DNA of 64,000 bases, from contig JBFLYH010000003.1 of NCBI GenBank assembly GCA_040756875.1, positions 64,001 to 128,000 of the forward strand, in the 5' to 3' direction. This DNA comes from a candidate division FCPU426 bacterium (lineage in GTDB: Bacteria > Oederibacteriota > JAAXVQ01 > JAUVAV01). Both the position numbers and the translations under genes were made by a program. Positions 9,395-17,966 of this stretch are shown one piece after another. Under the pieces are notes generated by a model, which searched no databases, had not been told where the DNA came from, and saw nothing but the letters and a program-made list of their open reading frames with translations. Within the stretch, counting starts at the first letter, position 1. Each line of letters starts with the position of its first letter.

Positions 9395-10545
9395 GAGGGA
9401 TTCTTTTTCGCAGACAAAAAATCCAGGATCTCGCCGGCGGCCCGCTCCGCGACGCCCGGTCCGCCCAGATGCTTCCGCAAATCATCCCAGGCCCGGCGCT
9501 GCGCCTGGGCGGCCGCCGAATCGGTCAGGAGTCTGACCGCGGCCGCAAAGACCGCCTCAGCCGTGTATTCGTGCTGCAGGAATTCAGGGGCGACCCGCTC
9601 GCCGGCCACCAGGTTGGCCAGGCCGAAAAAATCCAGCTTAACGAAACGCCGGGCCAGCCAGTAACTGACGGACTGCATGCGGTAGACGATGAGCTGGGGC
9701 GTGCCCAGGAGCGCGGTCTCCAGGGTGGCGGTCCCCGAGGAAACGATGGCCAGGTCCGCGGCTGCCCGGGCGGCAAACGGCCGTTCGCGCACCAGCACGG
9801 CCGGGCACCTGGCCGCGGTCAGCAGGCCGGCCACGCGCGCTTCGGACACGGTCCGGGCCAGGGGCAGGATCAGACGGCAGCCGGGAAACCGCTCGGTCAG
9901 GCGCCGCCCGGCCTCGGCCATGGCCGGCAGGATGAATTCGATCTCCTGGGACCGGCTGCCCGGCAGGAGCGCGACCAGGGGGCCGGCCGCCCCGGCCAGC
10001 AGTCGCCGCCGTTCCTCCTGCGGATCGGTTTCCAGCTTGACTTGGTCCACCAGGGGGTTGCCCACGAACGCCACGGGGATCCCCGCCTCGCGGTAGATCG
10101 CCTCCTCGAACGGCAGGATGACGAGCATCCGGTCCACCAGGCGGCGCAGGGTGTTGATCCGGCCCCGGCGCCAGGCCCAGATCTGCGGGCTGATGTAATA
10201 CACCACCGGGATGCCCAGGGCCTTGGCCATGGCGCCGATGCGGAAATTCAGGTCCGGGAGGTCGATCAGCACGACCGCGTCCGGCCGCTCGCGCCGCAGG
10301 AGGTCGCGCGCGCAGCGCAGGGCCCGCAGGAAAGAACCGAGCTTGCGCAGCGCCTCGGTGATGCCGATGACCGCGTGCGACACCAGGTCGAATTCCACGC
10401 GCGCGCCGGCCTGCCGCAGCCGCTCGCCGCCCAGGGCCAGGACCTGCAGGCCGGGACGGCGTTGGCGCAGCGCGGCCACCAGGTCCGCGCCGTGCTGGTC
10501 GCCGGAAGCCTCTCCGGCCACGACCAGGATCTTGGGTTCCGCCAT
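9391..10545 (-). CDS. lpxB: Lipid-A-disaccharide synthase
   Basis: Motifs 'VAGEASGD', 'YISPQIWAWR', 'LLPGSRSQE' and 'SGTATLE'. Confidence 0.95.
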   Translation of the reverse strand: MAEPKILVVAGEASGDQHGADLVAALRQRRPGLQVLALGGERLRQAGARVEFDLVSHAVIGITEALRKLGSFLRALRCARDLLRRERPDAVVLIDLPDLNFRIGAMAKALGIPVVYYISPQIWAWRRGRINTLRRLVDRMLVILPFEEAIYREAGIPVAFVGNPLVDQVKLETDPQEERRRLLAGAAGPLVALLPGSRSQEIEFILPAMAEAGRRLTERFPGCRLILPLARTVSEARVAGLLTAARCPAVLVRERPFAARAAADLAIVSSGTATLETALLGTPQLIVYRMQSVSYWLARRFVKLDFFGLANLVAGERVAPEFLQHEYTAEAVFAAAVRLLTDSAAAQAQRRAWDDLRKHLGGPGVAERAAGEILDFLSAKKNPS

Positions 10546-10547
10546 GG

Positions 10548-11534
10548 TCACGCCCGGGCGTAGAAATTCTGCTTGCGGATCTGGGCCGTGATGTCCAAGG
10601 CCACGGCCAGGGCCTGCCGCCCCACCTCGCCCGTCACTTCGGGAACCTGGCCCAGGCGGACCGAATCTACGAACGCGCTCAGTTCCAGCATCAGCGGTTC
10701 CCGCTTGCCAAAGGTCAGCCGCTCGCGTTCGATCAGATGCATCAGGTTCTGGTCGTTGGGCGCGGCCCCGGGCTTCAGGCGGTAAATCGTCATCTCCTGT
10801 TTTTGGTAATCCAGGCTGATGTAGCTCCCCGGCGAGAAGATCCTGATCTTGCGCTGGGCTTCCAAAGTCACCCTCGAGGCCGTGACATTGGCCACGCAGC
10901 CGTTGGCGAAAGTCAGACGGGCGTTGGCGATGTCCTCGTAATCCGAAAGGATCTGCACGCCCGTGCCTTCCACCCGCGCGACCGGCGAGTTGACGAGGTG
11001 CAGCAGGATGTCCAGGTCGTGGATCATCAGGTCCAGGGTGACCCCGATGTCCGTGTTGCGCTGGGAGAACGGCCCCAGCCGGTGGACTTCGACGAACCCC
11101 GGCGCAGTCAGGAAGCGCTTCAATTCCTGAAAGGCCTCGTTGAAGCGCTCGATGTGCCCGATCTGGAACACGCTCCCGCTTTGCTGGGCCAGGGCGACCA
11201 GCTCGTCCGCCTCCTCCAGGGTCCGGGTCATGGGTTTTTCCAGCAGCACGTGCACGCCCTGCTGCAGAAAGGGGCGCGTCACGGAAAAATGGAGCCACGT
11301 GGGGACCACGATGGAGACCAGGTCCACCTGGCCGAGCAGGGCCTGGGGGTCGGTGTACGCCTGGCAGTGGTGGCGCTTGGCCACTTCCTTGGCCCGCTGT
11401 TCGTTCGCATCCACCACGCCGACCAGGGAAACGCCCGGAATTTGCGTGTATACACGGGCATGATGCTGGCCGAGACTGCCCACGCCCACTACGCCCGCGC
11501 GCAACGGCTTGGCGCCCGCGCTTGCATCTGACAT
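10548..11534 (-). CDS. Gfo/Idh/MocA oxidoreductase (GnnA-like UDP-GlcNAc 3-dehydrogenase)
   Basis: Motifs 'GVVGVGSLGQHH', 'EKP', 'GHIERFN' and 'DLMIHDLD'. Directly upstream of lpxB with an AGGAGG RBS. Confidence 0.8.
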   Translation of the reverse strand: MSDASAGAKPLRAGVVGVGSLGQHHARVYTQIPGVSLVGVVDANEQRAKEVAKRHHCQAYTDPQALLGQVDLVSIVVPTWLHFSVTRPFLQQGVHVLLEKPMTRTLEEADELVALAQQSGSVFQIGHIERFNEAFQELKRFLTAPGFVEVHRLGPFSQRNTDIGVTLDLMIHDLDILLHLVNSPVARVEGTGVQILSDYEDIANARLTFANGCVANVTASRVTLEAQRKIRIFSPGSYISLDYQKQEMTIYRLKPGAAPNDQNLMHLIERERLTFGKREPLMLELSAFVDSVRLGQVPEVTGEVGRQALAVALDITAQIRKQNFYARA

Positions 11535-11568
11535 GTTGGCATTACCTCCTTGCGGTTCGGGGAAAACG

Positions 11569-11597
11569 ATTATCCGACCCGCGTTTGGCCCTGTCAA
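11569..11597 (-). promoter_or_regulatory. Sigma70-type promoter of the LPS operon
   Basis: TTGACA-N17-GATAAT on the minus strand. Confidence 0.65.
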
Positions 11598-11606
11598 GCC
11601 CTTCGG

Positions 11607-12893
11607 TCAGGCGCTCTCCGGCGATTCCTGGCGCCATTCCCGCTGCCATTGCCGCACTTTTTGCAGGAATTTGGGCGGCAGTTCGATCCGCAGGGTGATG
11701 ACCTTGGGCCCGTAAGTCTCCGAAAGCACGCGCCCGCGCTTGAGCAGCTGGGCCCTGGCCTCCGCGCGGTGGTAAGGCAGGCGCAGGGTCACGGCCTGCC
11801 AGTCCGAGGCCAGGCGGGCGGCCACGGCCCGGCGCAATTCGTCCAGGCCTTCTCCGGTCAGGGCCGACACCTGCAGGGCCTCCGGGAACTGGTAGCGCAG
11901 ACGCCGCTGCAGCCCCGCGCTGAATTTGTCTCGTTTGTTGAAGACCAGGATATTGGGCTTGGCGCCGGCCTCCAATTCCTCCAGCACCTGGTCCACGGTG
12001 CGGGCCTGGGCCTCCCAGTCCGGATGCGACCCGTCCACCACGTGCAGCAGCAGGTCCGCGAACTTCACTTCTTCCAGCGTGCCGCGGAACGCGGCCACGA
12101 GGTGGTGCGGCAGCCGCCGGATGAAGCCTACGGTGTCCGTTAAAAGCGCCTCCTGGGAAGGCGGCAGCACCAGCCGCCGCGTGGACAAATCCAGGGTCGC
12201 GAACAGCTTGTCCTCCACGAACGCCTGACTGCCGGTCAGGGCCCGCAGCAGGGCGGATTTGCCCGCGTTGGTATAGCCCACCAGGGAGACCAGGGGCAGG
12301 GGCACGGTCCCCCGGTCCTGGCGGTGCAACTGCCGGGTCCGGCGCAGGGCTTCCAACTGCCGGCGAAGCACGGCGATGCGGTCGCGGACGCGGCGGCGGT
12401 CGTATTCCAGCTTGGTTTCGCCCGGGCCGCGGGTCGCGCCGCGCGTGGCAATGCCTCCGCCGCCCAGCCGCGACATCTCCAGCCCCTTGCCGATGAGCCT
12501 CGGCAGCAGGTAGGTCAATTGCGCCAGTTCGACCTGGATCTTGCCCTCGTGGGACTTGGCGCGCCGCGCGAAAATGTCCAGAATCAGCTGGGTGCGGTCC
12601 ATCACAGCCAGGCCTATGGCCCGCTCCAGGTTGCGCTGCTGCATGGGTTTCAGTTCGTGATCCACGACCAGCAGCGTGGCCTGGTGATCAGCGGCCAGTT
12701 TCTTCAGCTCCTGCGCCTGCCCCGGCCCCAGGAACAGGGCCGCGTCCGGGTGCGGCCGGGTGAAGGCGTGCGACCCCACCACGGCCATGCCCGCGGTCTC
12801 GGCCAGACGGTGCAATTCCAGCAGGGACTCGCGGGAATCCGCGGGGCCTTCCATGTAGGACAAACTGGTGAGAAAGCTGCGCTCGGCGATCAT
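11607..12893 (-). CDS. hflX: GTPase HflX
   Basis: Motifs 'GPGETKLE', 'VGYTNAGKS', 'LFATLD', 'DTVGFI' and 'NKRD'. Confidence 0.95.
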   Translation of the reverse strand: MIAERSFLTSLSYMEGPADSRESLLELHRLAETAGMAVVGSHAFTRPHPDAALFLGPGQAQELKKLAADHQATLLVVDHELKPMQQRNLERAIGLAVMDRTQLILDIFARRAKSHEGKIQVELAQLTYLLPRLIGKGLEMSRLGGGGIATRGATRGPGETKLEYDRRRVRDRIAVLRRQLEALRRTRQLHRQDRGTVPLPLVSLVGYTNAGKSALLRALTGSQAFVEDKLFATLDLSTRRLVLPPSQEALLTDTVGFIRRLPHHLVAAFRGTLEEVKFADLLLHVVDGSHPDWEAQARTVDQVLEELEAGAKPNILVFNKRDKFSAGLQRRLRYQFPEALQVSALTGEGLDELRRAVAARLASDWQAVTLRLPYHRAEARAQLLKRGRVLSETYGPKVITLRIELPPKFLQKVRQWQREWRQESPESA

Positions 12894-12956
12894 GGATTGG
12901 GATGATTATACCGGAAATTGCCAGCCCCTGGCACAGGCATTTTATATATAGGAAAG

Positions 12957-12986
12957 CGCGGGGGCGTTCACATGAACGCCCCCGCG
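12957..12986. repeat. REP palindrome variant (copy 2)
   Basis: Perfect 14-bp stem CGCGGGGGCGTTCA-CA-TGAACGCCCCCGCG with the same core as the GTAG REPs. Confidence 0.65.
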
Positions 12987-13051
12987 AAAAGATGGACCCG
13001 CAGCCCAAGCGTATGGTACGATGCCTGAAAAACCCACGAGGTGCCAATCCC

Positions 13052-15577
13052 ATGCGATTTTCACGGCCTTTTTCCACTCTGGCCTTGCTGGCCGCCCTGC
13101 CCTGGCTGGCAGGCGCCGCTGCCCCGGCTGCGGCCCCCAAACCCCTGCAGGTCAAGCTGTCCGGCGCCCAGGAAACCAGCCTGCAAGCCCAGTGGACCGC
13201 TGTTTCCGGCGCCACGGGTTACGAACTGTCCTGGGGACTGGGGCCGGACGCCTCGCAAGCCGGCCAGGCCAGCCTTACGGAAACCAAGAACCGGATCAAG
13301 GACCTTCTGCCCGGCACAGTGTACTACTTCAAAGTCCGCGCCCTGACGGGTAAAACCACCGGGGACTGGAGCCCGGCGGCCTCATTGTCCACGGCCATGC
13401 CCAAACTCGACCCGCCGGTTCCCGGCGAAGTGCTCGATGCCCGGGCCGAACTCGCGCTCAAGCATCCTTTCCCCAGCCTGGACCAGCGCTGGTTTGAAGT
13501 CAGCTATGGCACGGACCGCCAGGCCGCGAACGTCGGCGTGGAAAAAACCCGCACCGCGTCCGCGCACCTGGGCAAGCTCAAACCCGACACCGCGTATTGG
13601 GTCAAAGTCCGCGTCTGCAACGCTTCCGCCAACGGCCCGTGGAGCGACGCCGTTTCCCTGACCACCCTGCCCTATTCCCCGGGCCAAGCTCCCGAGGGCC
13701 TGGCGGTGAAGAACCTGGCTCCGGGTCGGGTGGAGGCCACTTGGCAGCGCGTGGCTGCCGCGGAAAAATACGAAGTGGGGTTCGCCCTCGACGCCTCGCT
13801 CATGGACCGGAAGTCCTCGGTCACCAACGCCACCCGCGCGGAACTGACGCTCGCGCCCAACACCCGCTATTTCTTCAAAGTCCGCTCCCTGATCGAAGAC
13901 CGGCCGAGCTATTGGTCCGTGGAAGCCGAACTGTTGTCCCTGCCCGACACGCCGCGGGAATTGAAGCTGGACAACCGCAGCCAGCAGCAAATCATCATCA
14001 GCTGGCGGCCCGGGACAGGTTCGGACGAGACGCAGCTGTATGAAGTGGCCTGGGACGGCGGCCTGAAAGGCTCCACGCTCACCGCCATGACCAACCTTTC
14101 CCTGGAGGGGTTGCCGGCCGGGCGTTCCTTCTCCTTCAGGGTCCGCAGCCGCAACGACAGCGGCGCGAGTCCTTGGAGCCAGACCTTGAACGTTTCGACC
14201 CAGTCCCTGCCGCCTGCCGTGACCGGCGTCCGCATTGAACGGACCGAAAAGGAGCAGGCCCAGGTCACCTGGTCCCAGCAGGGCGGGGCCCGGGCCTACG
14301 AAGTGTCCTACGGTTCGGACCCCGAGGCTGAAAACCGGGGATTTTTCGAAACGCCCCGGCCTCCCGCGCTGCTGCGCGACCTGCTGCCGGGCGTGACCTA
14401 TCAGGCCAAGGTGCGTCCGATCCTGATTGACCAAACCCCGGGCGCGTGGTCCCAGCCCGTCACGTTCGCGACCCTGGGCGTTCCCTCGGACGTGGAAGGG
14501 TTTCTGTTGGCCGGCCAAGCCGGCCGCGAAGCGAACTTCACCTGGCAATCCGGCGGGGTGGAAGCTTACGAATTGGAAATCCGCATGCCCTCGGACATGT
14601 CCCTGGGGCGGATCATCAAGGCGGCCAAGCCTCCGGCCAAAGTGAGCGGGTTGGAGCCCAACCACGAATACCGCGCCGCCATTCGCGCCTGCCAGGGCGA
14701 CAGCGCCGGCCCCTGGTCTGAACCCGTGTCCTTCACCACCCTGCCCCAGCAGGCGCCGGCCCGGGTCAGCGTCAGCGGCGTTACGGCTGCCGAGGCCACA
14801 GTGACCTGGGAGCGCCTTCCCGGCCCGGTGGCTGCGACCTACAACGTACGCTGGGCTGCCGCCGGCCAGGAATGGCAGCAACGGACTTCCCTTTCCAGCC
14901 TGGCCGCCACCTTGTCGCCCCTGGACCCCAACCTGACTTACCGGGTTGAAGTGCAGGCCCAAAACGCGGGCGGCGCCGGCCCCTGGAGCCCGGAGACGAC
15001 CTTTCGCACGCCCAATGCCCCGCCCCAGTACCCGCCCGAGCGGCTGCGCGTGGACCAGGTGACAGACCTGTCGGCGCGCGTCTCCTGGCGGCCTGTTCCC
15101 GGCGCCCAGGGTTACCACCTGGGCCTCGGCCTGACCAGCGATGTCAGCGACCGCCCGCAGGTCGTCTCGGGCGAGACGCATCAAACTCTGCGCAACCTCG
15201 TCCCCGAGACCAATTACTACGTCAAGGTCCGCGCTTACAACGCCACGGGCGAAGGTCCCTGGACCGAAGCGCTATGGTTTTCCACGCCGCCCTCGCCGCC
15301 CATTACCGCGCCCACCCAGTCGGCCATCGGCAACGTCAAGACGCGCTCCCTGGTGCTGTCCTGGGACGCGGATCCCAAGGCCCTGCGTTATGAAGTGAGC
15401 ATCGGCACGGACGCCCTGGGCGAGGACCAGGGCCCGCCGCAAGTCAGCCATGATGCCACCTTTACGTTCGTCAACCTCCAGCCCAACACCACTTACCGGG
15501 CCAAAGTCCGCCTGGTCAACAGCGGCGGGCAAGGGCCGTGGAGCCAAGTCCGCATCGCCACCACCCTGCCGGAGTGA
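13052..15577 (+). CDS. Secreted protein of nine tandem fibronectin type III domains
   Basis: Signal peptide 'MRFSRPFSTLALLAALPWLAGA'. Nine units each show W...Y.V...L.P.T.Y..KVRA....G.WS. Confidence 0.85.
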   Translation: MRFSRPFSTLALLAALPWLAGAAAPAAAPKPLQVKLSGAQETSLQAQWTAVSGATGYELSWGLGPDASQAGQASLTETKNRIKDLLPGTVYYFKVRALTGKTTGDWSPAASLSTAMPKLDPPVPGEVLDARAELALKHPFPSLDQRWFEVSYGTDRQAANVGVEKTRTASAHLGKLKPDTAYWVKVRVCNASANGPWSDAVSLTTLPYSPGQAPEGLAVKNLAPGRVEATWQRVAAAEKYEVGFALDASLMDRKSSVTNATRAELTLAPNTRYFFKVRSLIEDRPSYWSVEAELLSLPDTPRELKLDNRSQQQIIISWRPGTGSDETQLYEVAWDGGLKGSTLTAMTNLSLEGLPAGRSFSFRVRSRNDSGASPWSQTLNVSTQSLPPAVTGVRIERTEKEQAQVTWSQQGGARAYEVSYGSDPEAENRGFFETPRPPALLRDLLPGVTYQAKVRPILIDQTPGAWSQPVTFATLGVPSDVEGFLLAGQAGREANFTWQSGGVEAYELEIRMPSDMSLGRIIKAAKPPAKVSGLEPNHEYRAAIRACQGDSAGPWSEPVSFTTLPQQAPARVSVSGVTAAEATVTWERLPGPVAATYNVRWAAAGQEWQQRTSLSSLAATLSPLDPNLTYRVEVQAQNAGGAGPWSPETTFRTPNAPPQYPPERLRVDQVTDLSARVSWRPVPGAQGYHLGLGLTSDVSDRPQVVSGETHQTLRNLVPETNYYVKVRAYNATGEGPWTEALWFSTPPSPPITAPTQSAIGNVKTRSLVLSWDADPKALRYEVSIGTDALGEDQGPPQVSHDATFTFVNLQPNTTYRAKVRLVNSGGQGPWSQVRIATTLPE

Positions 15578-15587
15578 GACTGCGAAT

Positions 15588-15720
15588 ATGGAGCCCCCCG
15601 GGCATAGCCCGGGGTCCCAGTGAGAACCTCGCATCGCCGGCTCATTAGGCAGGCGACATCCCTGCAACGCTTAAATCGCATTTATCCCTAGGCAAACCCG
15701 GTTTTTTTTGCGTTGCAGGG
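15588..15720 (-). mobile_element. Non-autonomous IS200/IS605-like mini-element, copy A
   Basis: Homologous to 30594-30741 and 63010-63127. Has subterminal hairpins and follows TTTAT on the minus strand. Confidence 0.6.
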
Positions 15721-15722
15721 AT

Positions 15723-15762
15723 AAAAAAAAGCCCCGCACCCTCATGGGTGCGGGGCTTTTTT
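15723..15762. terminator. Bidirectional rho-independent terminator
   Basis: A8-GCCCCGCACCC-TCAT-GGGTGCGGGGC-T6 between convergent genes. Confidence 0.85.
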
Positions 15763-15778
15763 CTCCCCCCCCGTGCTT

Positions 15779-16339
15779 TTACTCGGTCTTATATTTCCGC
15801 CAGCTATCCTTCAGCTTGGCCAGCGCGGCCTGGATTTCCGACCCTTTGGCGGTCTTGCCGCCCGCGCCCTTTTTGGCGGCTTCCATGGCGTCCTCCACCA
15901 GCTTCCGGTTTCGGACCACTTCCTCCCGCCACTGCGAGCTAAGCGTGTTGAACAAATCCACCATGGAAGTGAACTCATCCGAACGCCGCAACTCGATGTG
16001 CTGGGTCAAATCGCCCTCCCGCAGGGCCTTCAGGGTCTGTTCGAAGCGGTACATCGGTCCGGCAATAGTATGCGAGATGAACACGGACAGCAGCGCCGCG
16101 ACCAGCAGGAAAAGGAACAGCAGGAAGACCAGCGTGCGGTTGACGGAAAAAAACAGGGGCGCAAATTGCGAAGCCACGGGCGGGATGTTGTAGAACTGGT
16201 CCATGATCCGCACCCAGGTGGTGTAGTACGCGGTGAAGGCCACGAACAGGGCCATGATCAGGATTCCAAACAGGGTGCGGATGATGAACCGCAGCTGGAA
16301 ATCCTTGTTGATGAGAAAATTCCGCCGACGCCATTTCAT
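15779..16339 (-). CDS. Small membrane protein with two TM helices and a HAMP domain
   Basis: Two hydrophobic stretches, then 'SHTIAGPMYRFEQTLKALREGDLTQHIELRRSDEF' (HAMP-like). Confidence 0.75.
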   Translation of the reverse strand: MKWRRRNFLINKDFQLRFIIRTLFGILIMALFVAFTAYYTTWVRIMDQFYNIPPVASQFAPLFFSVNRTLVFLLFLFLLVAALLSVFISHTIAGPMYRFEQTLKALREGDLTQHIELRRSDEFTSMVDLFNTLSSQWREEVVRNRKLVEDAMEAAKKGAGGKTAKGSEIQAALAKLKDSWRKYKTE

Positions 16340-16388
16340 GGCGCCACCTCCTCGCTAGGAGCCTGAGCACATAGCCGCTCGGGCTCTA

Positions 16389-16467
16389 GAGCAATTGAGC
16401 AAATTGAACAACTTGAGCAAATCAAGGCTCGATTGCGGTCAATTTGCTCCGCTTGCTCCATTCAATT
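16389..16467. repeat. Short tandem (8-9 bp) GAGCAAATT-like repeats with an inverted counterpart
   Basis: GAGCAATT-GAGCAAATT-GAACAACTT-GAGCAAAT, then ATTTGCTC..TTGCTC.ATTCAATT. Confidence 0.6.
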
Positions 16468-16897
16468 AATAGGCCGAATACGCCACCCCGCGCGTATCCT
16501 GGCCGATGGAATTGATGTAAATCTGCCCGGTTTCGTAGTTGTAATACCAGCCGCGGCCGAACCCTCGCGGCGAGTCAGTGCCGTAAGTCACTTCACCGCC
16601 CGCGGGCGAAGCCGCGCCCGCGCGCGGGTGCAGGGTCGCCACGGCCGGAAGTCCGGACAGGTACCGTCCGAACGGCGACTGCGGGCTCAATTCCCGGGGA
16701 TGAACGCCGTTGTGGTCCTGGTAATATAGCAACAGCGCCTGGCGGATGTGGTGCAGGTTGCCGACCGTGGTCCCTTCCCGGGTCTTCTCCAGCAGGAAGC
16801 TGAAGCGTACTCCCACCATCAGAATCAGCAGCAGGAGCAGCGCTCCGGGAATGACGTAATCCTTGAGCAGAATCCGCTGTCGGGTCGGCAAGGTCAT
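16466..16897 (-). CDS. Pseudopilin (GspG)-like membrane-anchored protein
   Basis: N-terminal TM helix followed by 'KTREGTTVGNLHHIRQALLLYYQDHNGVHP', typical of the pilin alpha helix. No canonical G/FxxxE site. Confidence 0.55.
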   Translation of the reverse strand: MTLPTRQRILLKDYVIPGALLLLLILMVGVRFSFLLEKTREGTTVGNLHHIRQALLLYYQDHNGVHPRELSPQSPFGRYLSGLPAVATLHPRAGAASPAGGEVTYGTDSPRGFGRGWYYNYETGQIYINSIGQDTRGVAYSAY

Positions 16898-16900
16898 GAA

Positions 16901-17749
16901 TCAGGCCTCCTTATGGCCGCGGCGGGGAGCGAGCGCGTCCCGCAGGGTTTTGATCAGGCTGGCGTGCAGTCGGCCGTTGCTGGCCAGGAAAGTGCCGCCG
17001 TAAAGGTTGTGCGGCTTGCCGGCCAGGTCGGTCAGGCGTCCGCCGGCTTCGGCGATCATGACCGACGCAGCCGCCACGTCCCAGGGCTTCAGTTTGTACT
17101 CCCAAAACCCGTCGAACCGGCCGGCGGCCACGTCGCACAGGTCCAGGGAGGCGGAACCGGCGCGCCGGACCGCCTGGCAGTGCTGGGACAGGTACTGGAA
17201 TTCGACGAAATTGTTGCGGGTGCTGATGCGCAAATCGTAGGGAAAGCCGGTGGCCAGCAGGGCGTGGCGGAGCGTGGCGGTCCGCGAAACCTTCAGGCGG
17301 CGGCCGTTGCGCCAGGCGCCTTGCCCCAGGCGGCCGATGAACAGCTCGTCGAGCATGGGGTTGTACACCGCGCCCAGGCGCACGCGGCCGTCCCATTCGA
17401 CGCCCGCGGACACCGCGAAATGCGGAAATCCGTGCGCGTAATTGGTCGTGCCGTCCAGGGGATCGACGATCCAGCGGACCCGGCCCCGCGGAGCCGGCGA
17501 CGAGGGAAACCCGCGGCCCGAGGCTTCGACCAGTTCTTCGGACACCAGTTCATGGCCCGGAAAATGGCGGCGCAAGGCCTGCACAAACAAGGCCTCGACC
17601 GCGTGGTCCATTTCGGTCACCAGGTCGACTTCGCTTTTGAAACGGATGTGGTGGGTTTTTCCCAGGCCGCGGCGCAGTCGTTCTCCGGCGGACAATACGA
17701 TTTGTCTGAGTAATCCCTGTATGCGAGTCAGTTGATGGGGAAGGCTCAA
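16901..17749 (-). CDS. suhB: Inositol monophosphatase family protein
   Basis: Motifs 'WIVDPLDGTTNY', 'TGFPYD', 'RRAGSASLDLC' and 'KPWDVAA'. Confidence 0.85.
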   Translation of the reverse strand: MSLPHQLTRIQGLLRQIVLSAGERLRRGLGKTHHIRFKSEVDLVTEMDHAVEALFVQALRRHFPGHELVSEELVEASGRGFPSSPAPRGRVRWIVDPLDGTTNYAHGFPHFAVSAGVEWDGRVRLGAVYNPMLDELFIGRLGQGAWRNGRRLKVSRTATLRHALLATGFPYDLRISTRNNFVEFQYLSQHCQAVRRAGSASLDLCDVAAGRFDGFWEYKLKPWDVAAASVMIAEAGGRLTDLAGKPHNLYGGTFLASNGRLHASLIKTLRDALAPRRGHKEA

Positions 17750-17789
17750 AGGCGCATTAGTCTCCGTTTATGCTAAGGAAAACAAAGCA

Positions 17790-17966
17790 TTACGATATGT
17801 CTACACAGCGTTTGGCGTATGGTGAATTAATATTATAACCCGTCGTTTTAAGACCTTTAATACGTAATTCCCCAAGTATTTTCAGAACATCATTTAATTG
17901 TGCACGATCAATTTTAATGTTCTTTTTTAAAATCGTCTTTTTATTAATACTATGTATCTTTTTCAT
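17790..17966 (-). CDS. Small basic hypothetical protein (58 aa; absent from the ORF track)
   Basis: Hand translation gives MKKIHSINKKTILKKNIKIDRAQLNDVLKILGELRIKGLKTTGYNINSPYAKRCVDIS. ATGA overlap with the stop of the upstream protease gene. Confidence 0.55.
   Translation of the reverse strand: MKKIHSINKKTILKKNIKIDRAQLNDVLKILGELRIKGLKTTGYNINSPYAKRCVDIS

Noticed and set aside
16901-17749. Inositol monophosphatase-like gene as hisN (histidinol-phosphate phosphatase)
   Set aside because: It is near the his genes, but its motifs (TGFPYD, RRAGSASLDLC) are SuhB-type and an islet separates it from the operon. The assignment cannot be fully excluded.
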